DNA from: Phoronis australis
Taxonomy: Eukaryota; Animalia; Phoronida
Assembly: GCA_002633005.1 (NCBI GenBank)
Contig: NMRA01000494.1
Coordinates: 144,187-208,186 of the forward strand
DNA: 64,000 nucleotides
Direction: 5' to 3'
In this document: piece after piece, positions 26,801 to 36,108 of the stretch
How positions within the stretch are numbered: the stretch's first letter is position 1
Layout: the number at the start of each line of letters is the position of its first letter
Notes under the pieces: model-generated
Databases searched by the model: none
What the model saw: the letters and a program-made list of their open reading frames with translations, nothing else
Told to the model about the DNA's origin: nothing
Translations under genes and position numbers: made by a program

Positions 26801-29800
26801 AACGAGAACCTTTCTGCGCGTTGAAAAAAGCTTATTCTGCGCGCACTCCTGCGTCATGTGCAGGTTGGGGCGATCTTTTATTGGAACAGGGGTGCTACTG
26901 ATGTTGCTGTTATTGCTGGTGCTGCTGCTGTTGTTGCTCTTGCTGTCTCCGCTAGCGGTGGTGCTGCTGCTGAATACTGGGACCGTGTGGTTTAAACAAA
27001 ACCTGCTAGAAATATTTCAGACGTCCAATATTTCCACCAATGCCACTACGAGAACCCCGTTAATAGAAACTCCCAAATTTATCATCCAAGCGTTGGTCTA
27101 CTGTAGGTTTTGCTCTGCATTACCCATCAAATAATCGGATTCGAATGATTATTTCACGCGGTCAAAGGAAAACCCTTGATTTCGGAAATCATTAGAACTT
27201 GACAACATAGTGACTGCTAGATTGTTTTGTTGGTGGGTACTAAACTTGAACACTAGAAAGATTATTGTCACGGCGTGACAATAATGCAGTCTGCGCGTGT
27301 GTATTAAACGAATTGTTATGGGAAGTTACTGACAGCAACCCGTTAACCAATTTGAAAAGGAATTCGTTAAAAATGTAGGAAAAATAACATGTTAATATTT
27401 TGATGACCTTTCCACTAATTGACCTATTTCTTTGCATTATGAGCCCGGATGAGGGAATAATTGCAAACTCGATTAAAAGTGAGGTTAATGCTAAGAATCA
27501 CAGATGTTTTACTTAAAGCACTTTAGAATACAACATGAATGAATTTGTCAAACTTTCAGAAGAAAACATGGACCTAAAGACCCCATTGCTGCACCAAATG
27601 ACCTGATAATTCTGAATTCAAACTCAATCACATTTACTAAACAGTTATGTAATTTTGAAGTATCTAGCTCAAAATTTTAGTTTGTACTCAATTACCTGTG
27701 ACCTTTTTTCTGATTGGTTAGGCCTATTGCATGTAGGTTTACACCAATGTGGCGGAATTGAAGAGAATTCCTTGAAAATGTAGAAGAAATAAAATTTTCA
27801 AAAGTAGATGACCCTTGCACTAGTTGAACCTATCCAGTGCATTACAAGCCCTTTTAGTAGAACACTAGCAATGTCCATTGAAAGTATATTTGATGCTGAG
27901 AATCACAGTTGTCTAACACTTGACATATCAGATTACTTGGTGAATGAATAGGTCAAATTTTCAGATGAAAAATGCACCTAATGACCCCGTGTTTGCACTA
28001 AATGACCTGAAACGTTGGATTCCAAAATGAATTACCTGTGGCAATCAGACCTGTAAATTTGAAGTGTCTAGCTCAAAATTTTAGTGTGCACCTAATGACC
28101 TTTGACCTATTTCATCTGATTGGATGTCCCGATTACTTAGAAAACTAATTTTATAAATTGCCTTATTGACTTATACTTGTGGACCGAATTAAAAAATAAT
28201 AGCTTTAAAATGAAGAAGGAGTAGCATTTTGAAAATTACTTTTGCACCAAATGACCTCTTACGGTGCAATATGGAATATGATTATATAACGAATCAAAAT
28301 TTATGTACTGCCAAAAATCACATGTAGAATTTCAAGAACATACTTGCACCCAGTTTGGAGTTTTTAAGCCTCAAAGTTGGTCGGAAAAAAATTAAGAAGA
28401 AGTACTAGAAAGATTATTGTCACGGCGTGCGTATTACTGGAATTGTTGTGGGAAGTTACTGACAGCAACCCGTTTACCAATATGAAAAGGAATTCTTTAA
28501 AATTGTAGGAGAAATTAAATATTAATTTTTTGATGACCTTTCCACTAATTGACCTCTTCATGTACATTACGAGCCCCGATGAGGGAGTAATTGTTAACTG
28601 GATTAAAAGTGTAGTTAATGCTAAAAATCACAGATATTTCACTTGAAGCACTTCAGAATACAAGATGAATGAAGTGGTCAAATTTTCAGAAGAAAAATGC
28701 ACCTAACAACTCCATGGTTGCATCAAATGACCTGAAAATTTAGAATTCATACTCTCTAGCTCAAAATTTTAGTTTGCACTCAATGATCTTTGACCTATTT
28801 TTCTGATTGGTTAGGCCTATTGCGAAGTAAAGTAGGGTATTCAATTGGCATGTTGACTTACAACAGTGTGCTGAAATTGAAAAGAATTCCTTGAAAAACG
28901 TAAGAGATATAACATTTTGAACGTTACATGACCTTTGTAATAACTGACCTTATCCGGTGCATTTTAAGCATCTTGAGGAGAATTATTGCAACGCCCATGG
29001 AAAATGTGTTTAACGCTGAGAATCACAGTTGTCTAACGGTTGACACATCAGAATACTTGTTGATTGAAAATGTCAAATTTTCAGAAGAAAATGCACCTAA
29101 TAACCCCATGTTTGCATTAAATGACATTAAACTTTGGATTCCGATTTTATTTACCTGTGCCAATCAGACCTGTAAATTTGAAGTGTCTAGCTTAAAGTTT
29201 TACTTTGCACCTAATGACTTTTGACCTATTTCCCCTGATTGGATGACCCGATTACTTAGAAAAGTAATTCTTAAATTGTCACGTTGACATACATGTATAC
29301 GTGTGCAATGAATTTGAAAAAGATACCTTTTAAACTGAAGGAGTAGCATTTTGAAAATTATATGTCCTTTGCACCAAACGACCTCTTCCGGTGCAATATG
29401 GAATATGATCATATAACCAATCAAAATTTATATACTGTCAAAAGTCATATGCTGGATTTAAAGACTGTACCTGCACCCAATTTGGAGTTATTAAGCCTCA
29501 AAGTTGGTCGGAAGAAGAATAAGAAGAACTAGAAAGATCATTGTCCCGGCGTGACAATAACGGACTCTGAGCGTGCGTATTACTGTCATTATTATGGGAA
29601 GTTACTGACAGCAACCCTTTTACCAATATGAAAAGGAATTCTTTAAAATCGTAGGAGAAATTACATATTAAGTTTTTGATGACCTTTCCACTAATTGACC
29701 TCTTCCGCTGCAATATGAACCCCGATGACGGAGTTATTGTTAACTCGATTAAAAGTGTGCTTAATGCTAATAATGACAGATGTTTTACTTTAAGCACTTC

Positions 29801-32800
29801 AGAATACAAGATGAATGAAGTGGTCAAACGTTCCGAAGAAAAATGCACCTAATGACCCCAGGGGTGAACCAAATGACCTAAAAATTTAGAAATCAAACTC
29901 AATCGCACAGACAGGTACGTAATTCTGAAGTGTCTAGCTCAAAATTTTAGTTTGCATTCAATGACCTTTGACCAATTTTTTTGATCGGTTAGGCCAATTG
30001 CGAACTAAAGTAGGGTATTCAGTTGGCATGTTGACTTACACCAGTGTGCTGAAATTGAAAAGAATTCCTTGGAAACGTAAGAGATATAACGTTTTGAGCG
30101 TTACATGACCTTTGCACTAATTGACGTTACCCGGTGCATTTTAAGCATCTTTAGGAGAATTATTGCAAAGCACATGGAAAATGTGTTTAACGCTGAGAAT
30201 CACAGTTGTCTAACGGGTAACACATCAGAATACTTGTTGATTGAAAAGGTCAAAATTTCAGACGAAAAATGCACTTAATGACCCCAAAGTTTGCACTAAA
30301 AGACAAGAAACTTTGGATTCCGATTTGATTTACATGCGGCAATCAGACCTGTCAATTTGAAGGGTCTAGCTCAAAATTTTAGTTTGCACCTAATGACCTT
30401 TCACATATTTCACCTGATTGGATGACCCAATTACTTAGAAAAGTAATTAATTAAATTGCTTTGTTGACCTATACCTGTGCACCGAATTTGAAGAAGATAG
30501 CTTTAAAACTGAAGGATAAGTAGCATTTTGAAAATTATACGGCCTTTGCACCAAACGACCTTTTCCAGTGCAATATGGAATATGATTATATAACCAATCA
30601 AAATTTATATGCTGTCAAAAGTCATATGCTGAATTTAATGACCGTACCTGCACCCAGTTTGGAGCTATTAAGCCTCAAAGTTGATCAGAAGAAGAATGAG
30701 AAGAATAAGAAGAATAAGAATAAAATTGAAGGAAACCCAGGAACAACAGTGCTCTGCACATACACGCATTAATAAGAATAATAAGAAGCCGATGGAGATC
30801 AAATACGTAGAACAGTTAAACTCTGCGCTTTCACGCGCGGAGTAATGAGAACTAGAACGCAATTGCGTATGCGCACGTACAACTCTGCGCGTGGTGTACG
30901 CATGTGCATAGTGATGTATAGGGGAATTACACTGCATAGAAGTTGCATCCTTTGTGTGAAAGAGAGAGATGCCCCTGCTAACTATGAAAGAGCAACAGTA
31001 AAGAGTAAGAATATAAACGGAAAACTGCAACCAATGACCACACAGTTGCACCTACTGACCTAAAAAAATAGGACTGAATTTCTTTTACGAATGAAAAGTA
31101 TATACGTAATTACGTAAGGTATTTCTCAAAAATCACTTTTGCACTTAATAACCTTTGACCCGGAAACTCGGTTCCCTTTATCCGATTTAAATTCCACGTA
31201 AATTTCGGGTACACTTCCCTAATATCTGCTTGTTATCAAAATTCGGAGTCTATCTAAAATGTACAAGAAGAAGCAATTTGACGGAATACACTCTTTGTCC
31301 CGTTTGAGGTCATTCCGGTGCATTTTGAGTCAAATTCATGTCATCAATAGAATTAGATTGACCACTGCTTGAACCAACATGAATATGAACCCTTTCGATA
31401 ATGAATAATGTAAGAACGAGCGGATTGAAAGAGTCTGACATTTAAGAGAAAAGTGCACTAAATGACCCCAAAGTTGCACCTAATGAACCAAAAATTTGTG
31501 TTTGAACTTCCCTGGTGACTGGAAGCCATATGCACGAATATGAAAAGACTAGCTCAAAAAACACTTTTGCACTTAATGACCTTTGACCCGGAAACTCAGT
31601 TTCCTTGGTCCGATTTTAAATCCGTGTTCATTTCTGATGCATTTTTTTAGTCCCTAGTTGCTAACAAAGTTCAAAGAGTCAAAATAAAATTCTGTAGAAG
31701 AAGAAGCATTTTGACGGAATGCACTCCTTGACCTGTTTAAGGTCATTCCGGTGCATTTTGGGTCAAAAAAGTATAATCAATAAAAATCCCTTGACTATCA
31801 TATCAATCACAGTGAATATGATTGTTGTAACTGAATAGATGTAAGAGTAATAACAATCTGAAAAGGAAGGACGAATATGAAGAATAAGAATAATAAAAAG
31901 ATAAAATACATACAACAGCAAAACTCTGCGCTTGAACGAGCATAGTAACAAGAAGATAAAATACGTTGAACAGTAAAACTCTGCACTTGCAGGCGCAGAG
32001 TAATAAAATTGGAGAAACCCCAGGAACAACGGTACTTTGTGCTTGCGCGCGCTGAGTAAATACTTGGGAAATTGGTTAAGCCTATTGGAGGATATTTTTT
32101 GAAGTTTGTCATTTTAATAATGAAATTGTGTTTTGCCAACGTCCAATCGACCAGTTTATATATCTTTACATTCCTTTGGTTATATATTTCTAAAGGAAAA
32201 GATATTTTAGCTTCAGAGATACATGAACCCAGATTTAAAGCAGTTGTAGTGATATTTTCTCTCCACCAGTGAACGTTGCTGATATGTGTGCATTGCATTG
32301 AAATGTATGGAGTATTGAACCCAAACATTGCCTTTGCTTTCCCCGCACGCAAATACGATGTAAATTCACATCAAATAGGGCGTAGATATGCATGTCGTGT
32401 ACCTTTACGAATGGGTCTAAAAGTGCTTTTTCCAAACAGTAGCTTAATCCCGGTAAAGACGGTGCCATTTTCCCCATCAGACTAGTGTTTCAAATTGGTT
32501 ATTATTTGTTCTACGTATACGGTCTTGGTATCGTATAGGATCTCAGGTGGTGGTTAATTATGCGGATACATTTTTAAAAAAAGTTGTCATTAAAATCATA
32601 ATTATTACCATACGTCAACCTGGCTTTACGTCACGCGTTTCAGCTGGACAGCGGTAGTACCCACGACCGGTGCACTTTGTCTAAACGTGAGCTTTTGTCT
32701 CTTGACCGCTGATCATGAGTCACAAGCTCACACAGCTGATTCCCAGCTGGTACATGTGCATCCTGACATTAATGTTATTGCGAAACAATTTAACATATGT

Positions 32801-33395
32801 TATCGTGATTGTACATGTATGCACTTTCAGAAATGCAGTCAGTCATATCATTGAAGGTGGACTTGTTACTCCCAAATTCATACTAATAACTGTACCCGAA
32901 AATTGACAAATACCCTACCACGTTTCCCTGTTGCGCATCACTGAAATAAGTGGGAGTTATAGCCCTCAGCAACCAGAACCTTATGGTACGCGCCCATGAA
33001 ATTTTGAAGTAATATCTCAATTTTCTAGTGGTGTCAAGAGTAAATTTGGTTGTCACTTACCCAATAGCTGCAGCTATAGCGTAGTTCTCAAAGTCTTTCA
33101 ATCAGAAAGCAATAATAATATATACAACAGTTGTATTTTCATAATAAATGTCCAAGTTCCATTGTGCAAAGTTTAATCAGTGTTAATCCACAACACACCT
33201 GCCATTGTATTTGCGTCGATCAATCACCTTTACGGCCACATGGATCTTCTTGTTGAGTACAGCTCTGTGAACAGTGCCAAAACCACCACTACCGAGGATA
33301 TCTTTCTCCATGGAAAGGTCTTTCATGAGTATTTGGGGGCACGTCACCTCTTTTCGAATCTGCAGGGCACGAGATTCCTCATGACCCGAAGCCAT
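1250..33395 (-). CDS. Multi-exon gene: RIPK-like (TKL) protein kinase, linker and tandem DED-like domains; 3' end probably beyond the left edge of the window
   Basis: Exons 33395-33199, 26405-26210, 24132-24013, 14808-14648, 14342-14293, 14081-13932, 13217-13129, 12094-12040, 5572-5461, 4314-4133 and 1364-1250 all have GT-AG boundaries. Intron phases 2,0,0,2,1,1,0,1,2,1 join them into one open frame of 1427 nt. Kinase motifs GSGGFG, VAVK, alphaC E, HADLKLGN, DFG, APE, DVWSFG and subdomain XI R are present. Confidence 0.85.
2830..3771 (+). mobile_element. Gypsy/Ty3 LTR retrotransposon pol remnant (RNase H C-terminus, integrase N-terminus and tail), internally deleted
   Basis: AAERMQRWATYLSGFNYDIKFR...NANADCLSRL; IKRETQNDPVLSTVMGYTVDGWP...RNELRIENGCLFYGLRVIIPPECRSKV; tail LRRSTRNRKQPVRF. 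Stops and frameshifts present. Polypurine tract AGTGAGGGAGAG at 3760-3771. Confidence 0.88.
3772..3989 (+). mobile_element. 3' LTR of the Gypsy remnant (about 218 bp)
   Basis: Starts TGTTGTG directly after the PPT, contains AATAAA near 3944 and ends CACTACA, giving an imperfect TG...CA terminal inverted repeat. Confidence 0.7.
4133..4314 (-). CDS. Exon 10: first DED-like domain, C-terminal half
   Basis: atttcag|G PATLQGITSTRDLLEQLEKQAVIKLGEYSKLIHILGLLDLNALKDTVERLSHEINALGIR G|gtaatg; 182 nt, phase 2 to 1. Matches DED helices 3-6 (LExIxSxxDLFxxLEKxxxIxxxNLxxLxxLL). Not in the ORF track. Confidence 0.82.
4556..4901. mobile_element. MITE with CAG(T/G)GGCGGAT TIRs and 5-bp TSD (hAT5-like)
   Basis: CAGTGGCGGATTTTGG ... 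CCTGGATCCGCCCCTG, flanked by AATGT at 4551-4555 and 4902-4906. A related degenerate copy lies at about 25650-25925. Confidence 0.75.
5461..5572 (-). CDS. Exon 9: first DED-like domain, N-terminal half
   Basis: ttctcag|(G)ITDWKTELHHKLFREVTENVLGQGFVELKAECKRWI(L)|gtaaga; 112 nt, phase 1 to 2. Matches the DED helix 1-2 pattern (LLxxIxExLxxxxxxxLKFLC). Confidence 0.78.
6814..11305 (+). mobile_element. TIR DNA element, copy A (~5.1-kb family, TA-flanked, no recognisable transposase); contains the assembly gap
   Basis: TA|CAGCACACATCACGAATTTTTTGTCCGCC ... GGGCGGACAAAAATTCGTGATGTGTACTG|TA, with many subterminal GCCGACC/GGTCGGC motifs. Colinear reverse complement of 17843-22998. Confidence 0.88.
7053..7745. 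other. Assembly gap (693 N)
   Basis: Run of N; ORFs called across it are artefacts. Confidence 1.
12040..12094 (-). CDS. Exon 8 (Ser/Pro/Gly linker)
   Basis: ggttttag|GYSAKGTGSVSPPTRDIP G|gtaagg; 55 nt, phase 0 to 1; strong splice sites. Confidence 0.7.
13129..13217 (-). CDS. Exon 7 (kinase C-terminal helix)
   Basis: atttcag|(K)MARLLHDECIAKYRESYMHDYCDLTNAIE|gtgaat; 89 nt, phase 1 to 0. Completes RTDFEKMARLL, the typical kinase alphaI helix. Confidence 0.75.
13932..14081 (-). CDS. Kinase exon 6 (subdomains X-XI)
   Basis: ttccag|(D)LPEEAIKEQIKRGIKDPF...LKLISECLEYQPADRTDFE A|gtaagt; 150 nt, phase 1 to 1. Confidence 0.9.
14293..14342 (-). CDS. Kinase exon 5 (subdomain IX)
   Basis: ttgcag|C TTT GGT...(S)FGVLLSELMKEESLLK G|gttgat; 50 nt, phase 2 to 1. 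The donor is weak, but the phase fits exon 6. Confidence 0.8.
14648..14808 (-). CDS. Kinase exon 4 (DFG to APE to subdomain IX)
   Basis: tttatag|VGDFGLSILQSYTSDRTNTTDPKGTLSHMAPELFKPEIVERTIPKNSPETDVW(S)|gtacgc; 161 nt, phase 0 to 2. Not in the supplied ORF track. Confidence 0.93.
14939..15405. mobile_element. MITE with about 100-bp TIRs and 7-bp TSD (P-superfamily-like)
   Basis: CACAGGCACCTTTAAGTAGCTCT...CCGGAATAACC is mirrored at 15306-15405. GTGGAAT is duplicated at 14932-14938 and 15406-15412. Termini are CA...TG. Confidence 0.85.
15788..17840 (-). mobile_element. TIR DNA element, copy B (truncated, about 2 kb from one end), inverted relative to copy A
   Basis: TA|CAGCACACATCACGAATTTTTGTCC...; colinear with copy C 17843 to ~20060 and with the reverse complement of copy A ~9125-11305. 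Stops at the TA where copy C begins. Confidence 0.88.
17843..22998 (-). mobile_element. TIR DNA element, copy C (full length, 5156 bp), inverted relative to copy A
   Basis: TA|CAGCACACATCACGAATTTTTGGCCGCC ... GGACAAAAATTCGTGATGTGCACTG|TA, with subterminal GCCGACC arrays at both ends. A TA TSD is consistent with IS630-Tc1-mariner targeting (inference). Confidence 0.9.
23234..23414. mobile_element. Small MITE-like element
   Basis: Inverted termini CTCCCCTGTCCC ... GGGACAGGGGAG, with internal TCCGTAA repeats; TSD not clear. Confidence 0.5.
23794..23872. repeat. (TA)n/(TATACA)n microsatellite
   Basis: Read directly from the sequence. Confidence 0.95.
24013..24132 (-). CDS. Kinase exon 3 (subdomains VIa-VIb, catalytic loop)
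   Basis: ttgcag|VDMMKDICEGMAFLHSNKPSIVHADLKLGNVLIDDRFKAK|gtaatg; 120 nt, phase 0 to 0. LHxxxPxIxHxDLK is RIPK2/RIPK4-like. Confidence 0.93.
24800..25420 (-). mobile_element. Possible decayed non-LTR retrotransposon ORF1-like fragment
   Basis: Stop-interrupted coding-like frame (LERLGEGISNTRR...AQREVQFP) loosely resembling L1/Tx1 ORF1; weak. Confidence 0.25.
25650..25925 (+). mobile_element. Degenerate copy of the 4556-4901 MITE
   Basis: Shares CAGxGGxGGATT start, CTGACTAGCATATGCGCG, GAACAAAC, CAAACCCAAAA and GAAATTxTGGTTATTCCTG in the same order; right TIR missing. Confidence 0.6.
26210..26405 (-). CDS. Kinase exon 2 (subdomains III-V)
   Basis: tttcag|T CAG AGG...KEAQIMCKIENPTIVKIYGIILEDVCGLVLELMKNGSLSDLM...PISIQ|gtaagt; 196 nt, phase 2 to 0. 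Confidence 0.9.
26895..26972. repeat. Imperfect (CTG/CAG)n trinucleotide tract, intronic
   Basis: ctgatgttgctgttattgctggtgctgctgctgttgttgctc...; produces the poly-Leu ORF in the track. Confidence 0.75.
27250..32060 (+). repeat. Tandem array of Helentron/HINE-like non-autonomous rolling-circle elements in kinase intron 1
   Basis: Three ~1.13-1.15-kb units start ACTAGAAAGAT(T/C)ATTGTC at 27252, 28404 and 29528, and end AAGCCTCAAAGTTG plus an AAG/AAT microsatellite. Units contain internal TGACCTTTGACC motifs. A fourth related element spans ~30850-32060. GC hairpins such as ACTCTGCGC-tttcac-GCGCGGAGT mark 3' ends. Confidence 0.75.
33199..33395 (-). CDS. Kinase exon 1 (subdomains I-II)
   Basis: MASGHEE...ILGSGGFGTVHRAVLNKKIHVAVKVIDRRKYNG; donor AG|gtgtgt. 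An acceptor (aagcag) lies 2 nt upstream of the ATG, so at least one upstream exon is likely. Confidence 0.9.
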
Positions 33396-35259
33396 GTCTG
33401 CTTAACAGTGAAGCGTAACCTAGCCGATAAATTATAAGACATGTACGAATACACTTATGTTATACAACCTTAATGTTTTGTACCAAGTGTGTTGTTACAT
33501 TTTAATTCGTGGTATGCAAATTTTTTTGAAATTAGTCGCTGGGGACTTCTTAAAGAAGCGGGTTTTTTTCTTTGTCACCTTTTAGCAATGGTGATCGCAG
33601 ATTGTGAGCCAGTTATGTACACGCAGTATTTTTATGAGTAATTTTTGCAGCCCACAATGCACTACACAGCGGTTTGTATTGAACATCAGCTACAGAATTA
33701 AGAGCCTCATAGATTTTAAAAACAGTTTTATTTTCAGCTTTACATAAGCATTTACAAACTCATCAATTGAACAAATTTTAAGCATTTAACGAAAATAAAT
33801 GTGCAACAATATGATAAGGACGAAATCTGTGACTTTGTCAGGTTTAAGAGGTGCTTACACATTGACTACGTTTAGTATTTTTTTAGTCTGAGGTGAAATC
33901 TAGTTTAAGTGTGCTTCCATTTCTGTTGTTCTCCAGCTTTTTATTGCATGTTAATTGAGCAATGCAGTATCTTTGTGACATCCAAACTTACGGTTTTTTA
34001 CCGATTTTTGGCAGAAAATATTAAGACATTTATAATAAAATTGACAAAATTTCGTGTTTGCAACAGTTGTCCGACGTAGTTTGATTTTTTTGACCGCACA
34101 AAACCTCTTCTGGCGTATTGCCATGTGTGGCCAAAAATATATTTTGGATAGTTTGAGTGTTAAGTTAAATTACAAAACCACAAATTTTATTAGGAAAATG
34201 TTAACTATATTTTGTTGATTTTTGGTTGGTGTAATCGACGCTAAAGATGCAACCGTGTTGCTGGTATTCGTAGTGTGTGGTATGGACCCTATCTTGTGCA
34301 AACTTTAGCGAGAAAAGAAGTGTCCTTATTTACTGAATGCGAAAAATCCGTGTTTGATTTCAATTAAATACAGAAAATAGTTTTTCAACATAACGATCGG
34401 TTTTTCATGGCCTCACCATCACGCGTACATGTAGGATATAATACACTGTAGAAATGACGTATGTTGAAATATGGAATTGTTTTGGTCGAAACTTGATCAG
34501 AGTGAAGTATTTTCACTAGACAGAACGAATTTTGTCATAATCCATTTTGTTTATTTGCCCAGACAAGGTCATTTTTTCATGCTCAAGAATACACGTCATC
34601 AAACGTGAGTTCACATGAATTATCTAGGGATGAGGAAAACAACAGAACAGAATCGGTCGACAATATATAATTTCTCAAATTTCAGATACAAATAAGAACA
34701 AGATAAATACACTTATAATTTTTGAAAACTTGTTTTTGTCAACAATGGAATTGGTATTATATCGACTTCAGCTGTAAACAGTAAATCGAACATCGGCTGG
34801 TAAATTTTGACTCATTTTGAAGGCGGGAAATGAGCAGACAACATTGACGAAATAGCTGTTAAGTGAAATTTGCATCTACATTTTCGTGGGAATTGATTTG
34901 GCTGTTTTATTTTGATTTGTTAGAGGAGCGCATATTTTTGTTTGCATCTAAGTGAGTATTCTCCGGTTCCCAACGAGTGTGCCGAACGTTAGATCAAAAG
35001 CTTTACTGATGTGATCATTCATGCTTCACACATCTAATGCGTTGTTATACTCAACGTTTTGGTAATTCCTGTGCAGTATTATTGAATTTGGAGTTAGCTT
35101 ATTTTCAATTATTTTTAAAATTTCATTTTTCATTTTTTTGTTAATCGATTATTGAACCAGATCAGTGGAAATTCCGAGACTATCACCCAGTGCAGCTAAA
35201 GGAGTCCAAAACTAGCAAACTTATATTTCAGTAGACTAGTTTTTTCACACCTTGCACGA

Positions 35260-36108
35260 TTGGCAGATACATCCGTGTAATAACCCATATACACGTAGTT
35301 ATCTCACCAGTGAGATAACATTTTGGAGGGAAACCGAGGCCAGATTCGTACCCGACCTCAAGAGTTTCTTGTCGCCAACTTTATCACTACACCAGTTAGC
35401 GGCTGCCGTCATCAAGAGTGAAAATAGAAAACTTAAATTAGCACGGGCAATAATCCCATGTCCAACAAACCGCATTGTACTGTACTTATACATATGGAAA
35501 ATAAGACGCATAATTTCCAAAAAAACGATATCTTAATTCAGTGAAATTTTTCCCCCATGTCCTCTCGCTTGTAAATCACCGATCTCCAGTTTGAATGCGG
35601 GTATCGTGTCGTCGGAATCCTTTGACTTGAGAATTATATTCAGTTACCAGTGGTAACTACTTTCGTAGACGATAATTTCCAAGTCGAAGCTTAGCGTGAA
35701 AAAAATGTTTTAAGCTATAATAGTTGGTAAACTTTAATTTATCAATTCAAGTTATTTCTATTTTATTTAAGTTTTTATTTGGTTTTGAGTAAAAGCATTA
35801 TTTGACAAAAAATAACTCGGCTTTTCTTAAAAGGTCACGACCTCCGACCCCAGGCCCCTGACATAGAAAGTAGTAACAAAGACGAGGCGATTCTGAAAGG
35901 TAAATCGATTCATTTCAATAGTTCTCGTTTAGGATGTGGTATAAAAAATTATTACATGTTCTCAGCCGTTATCCTCCTTATCTAGAGCCTTCGTGGATTT
36001 TGTAGACTTATCAACCGCGGGGCTAACGCTCCTGGGGCGATAATTCTACAAAATCTACTCAGGCTCTAGATAACGGGGGATAACGACTTCGCCATGTAAT
36101 AATCTATA
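35260..36108 (-). mobile_element. CryptonV-like non-autonomous palindromic element, copy 1
   Basis: Reverse complement of 55639-56510. Terminal ~150-bp imperfect palindrome at 35950-36102; decayed tRNA-like segment at ~35325-35405. Confidence 0.7.

Noticed and set aside
26856-27134. Signal-peptide or transmembrane-like poly-Leu ORF
   Set aside because: Produced by a CTG microsatellite antisense within a kinase intron; no splice or domain support.
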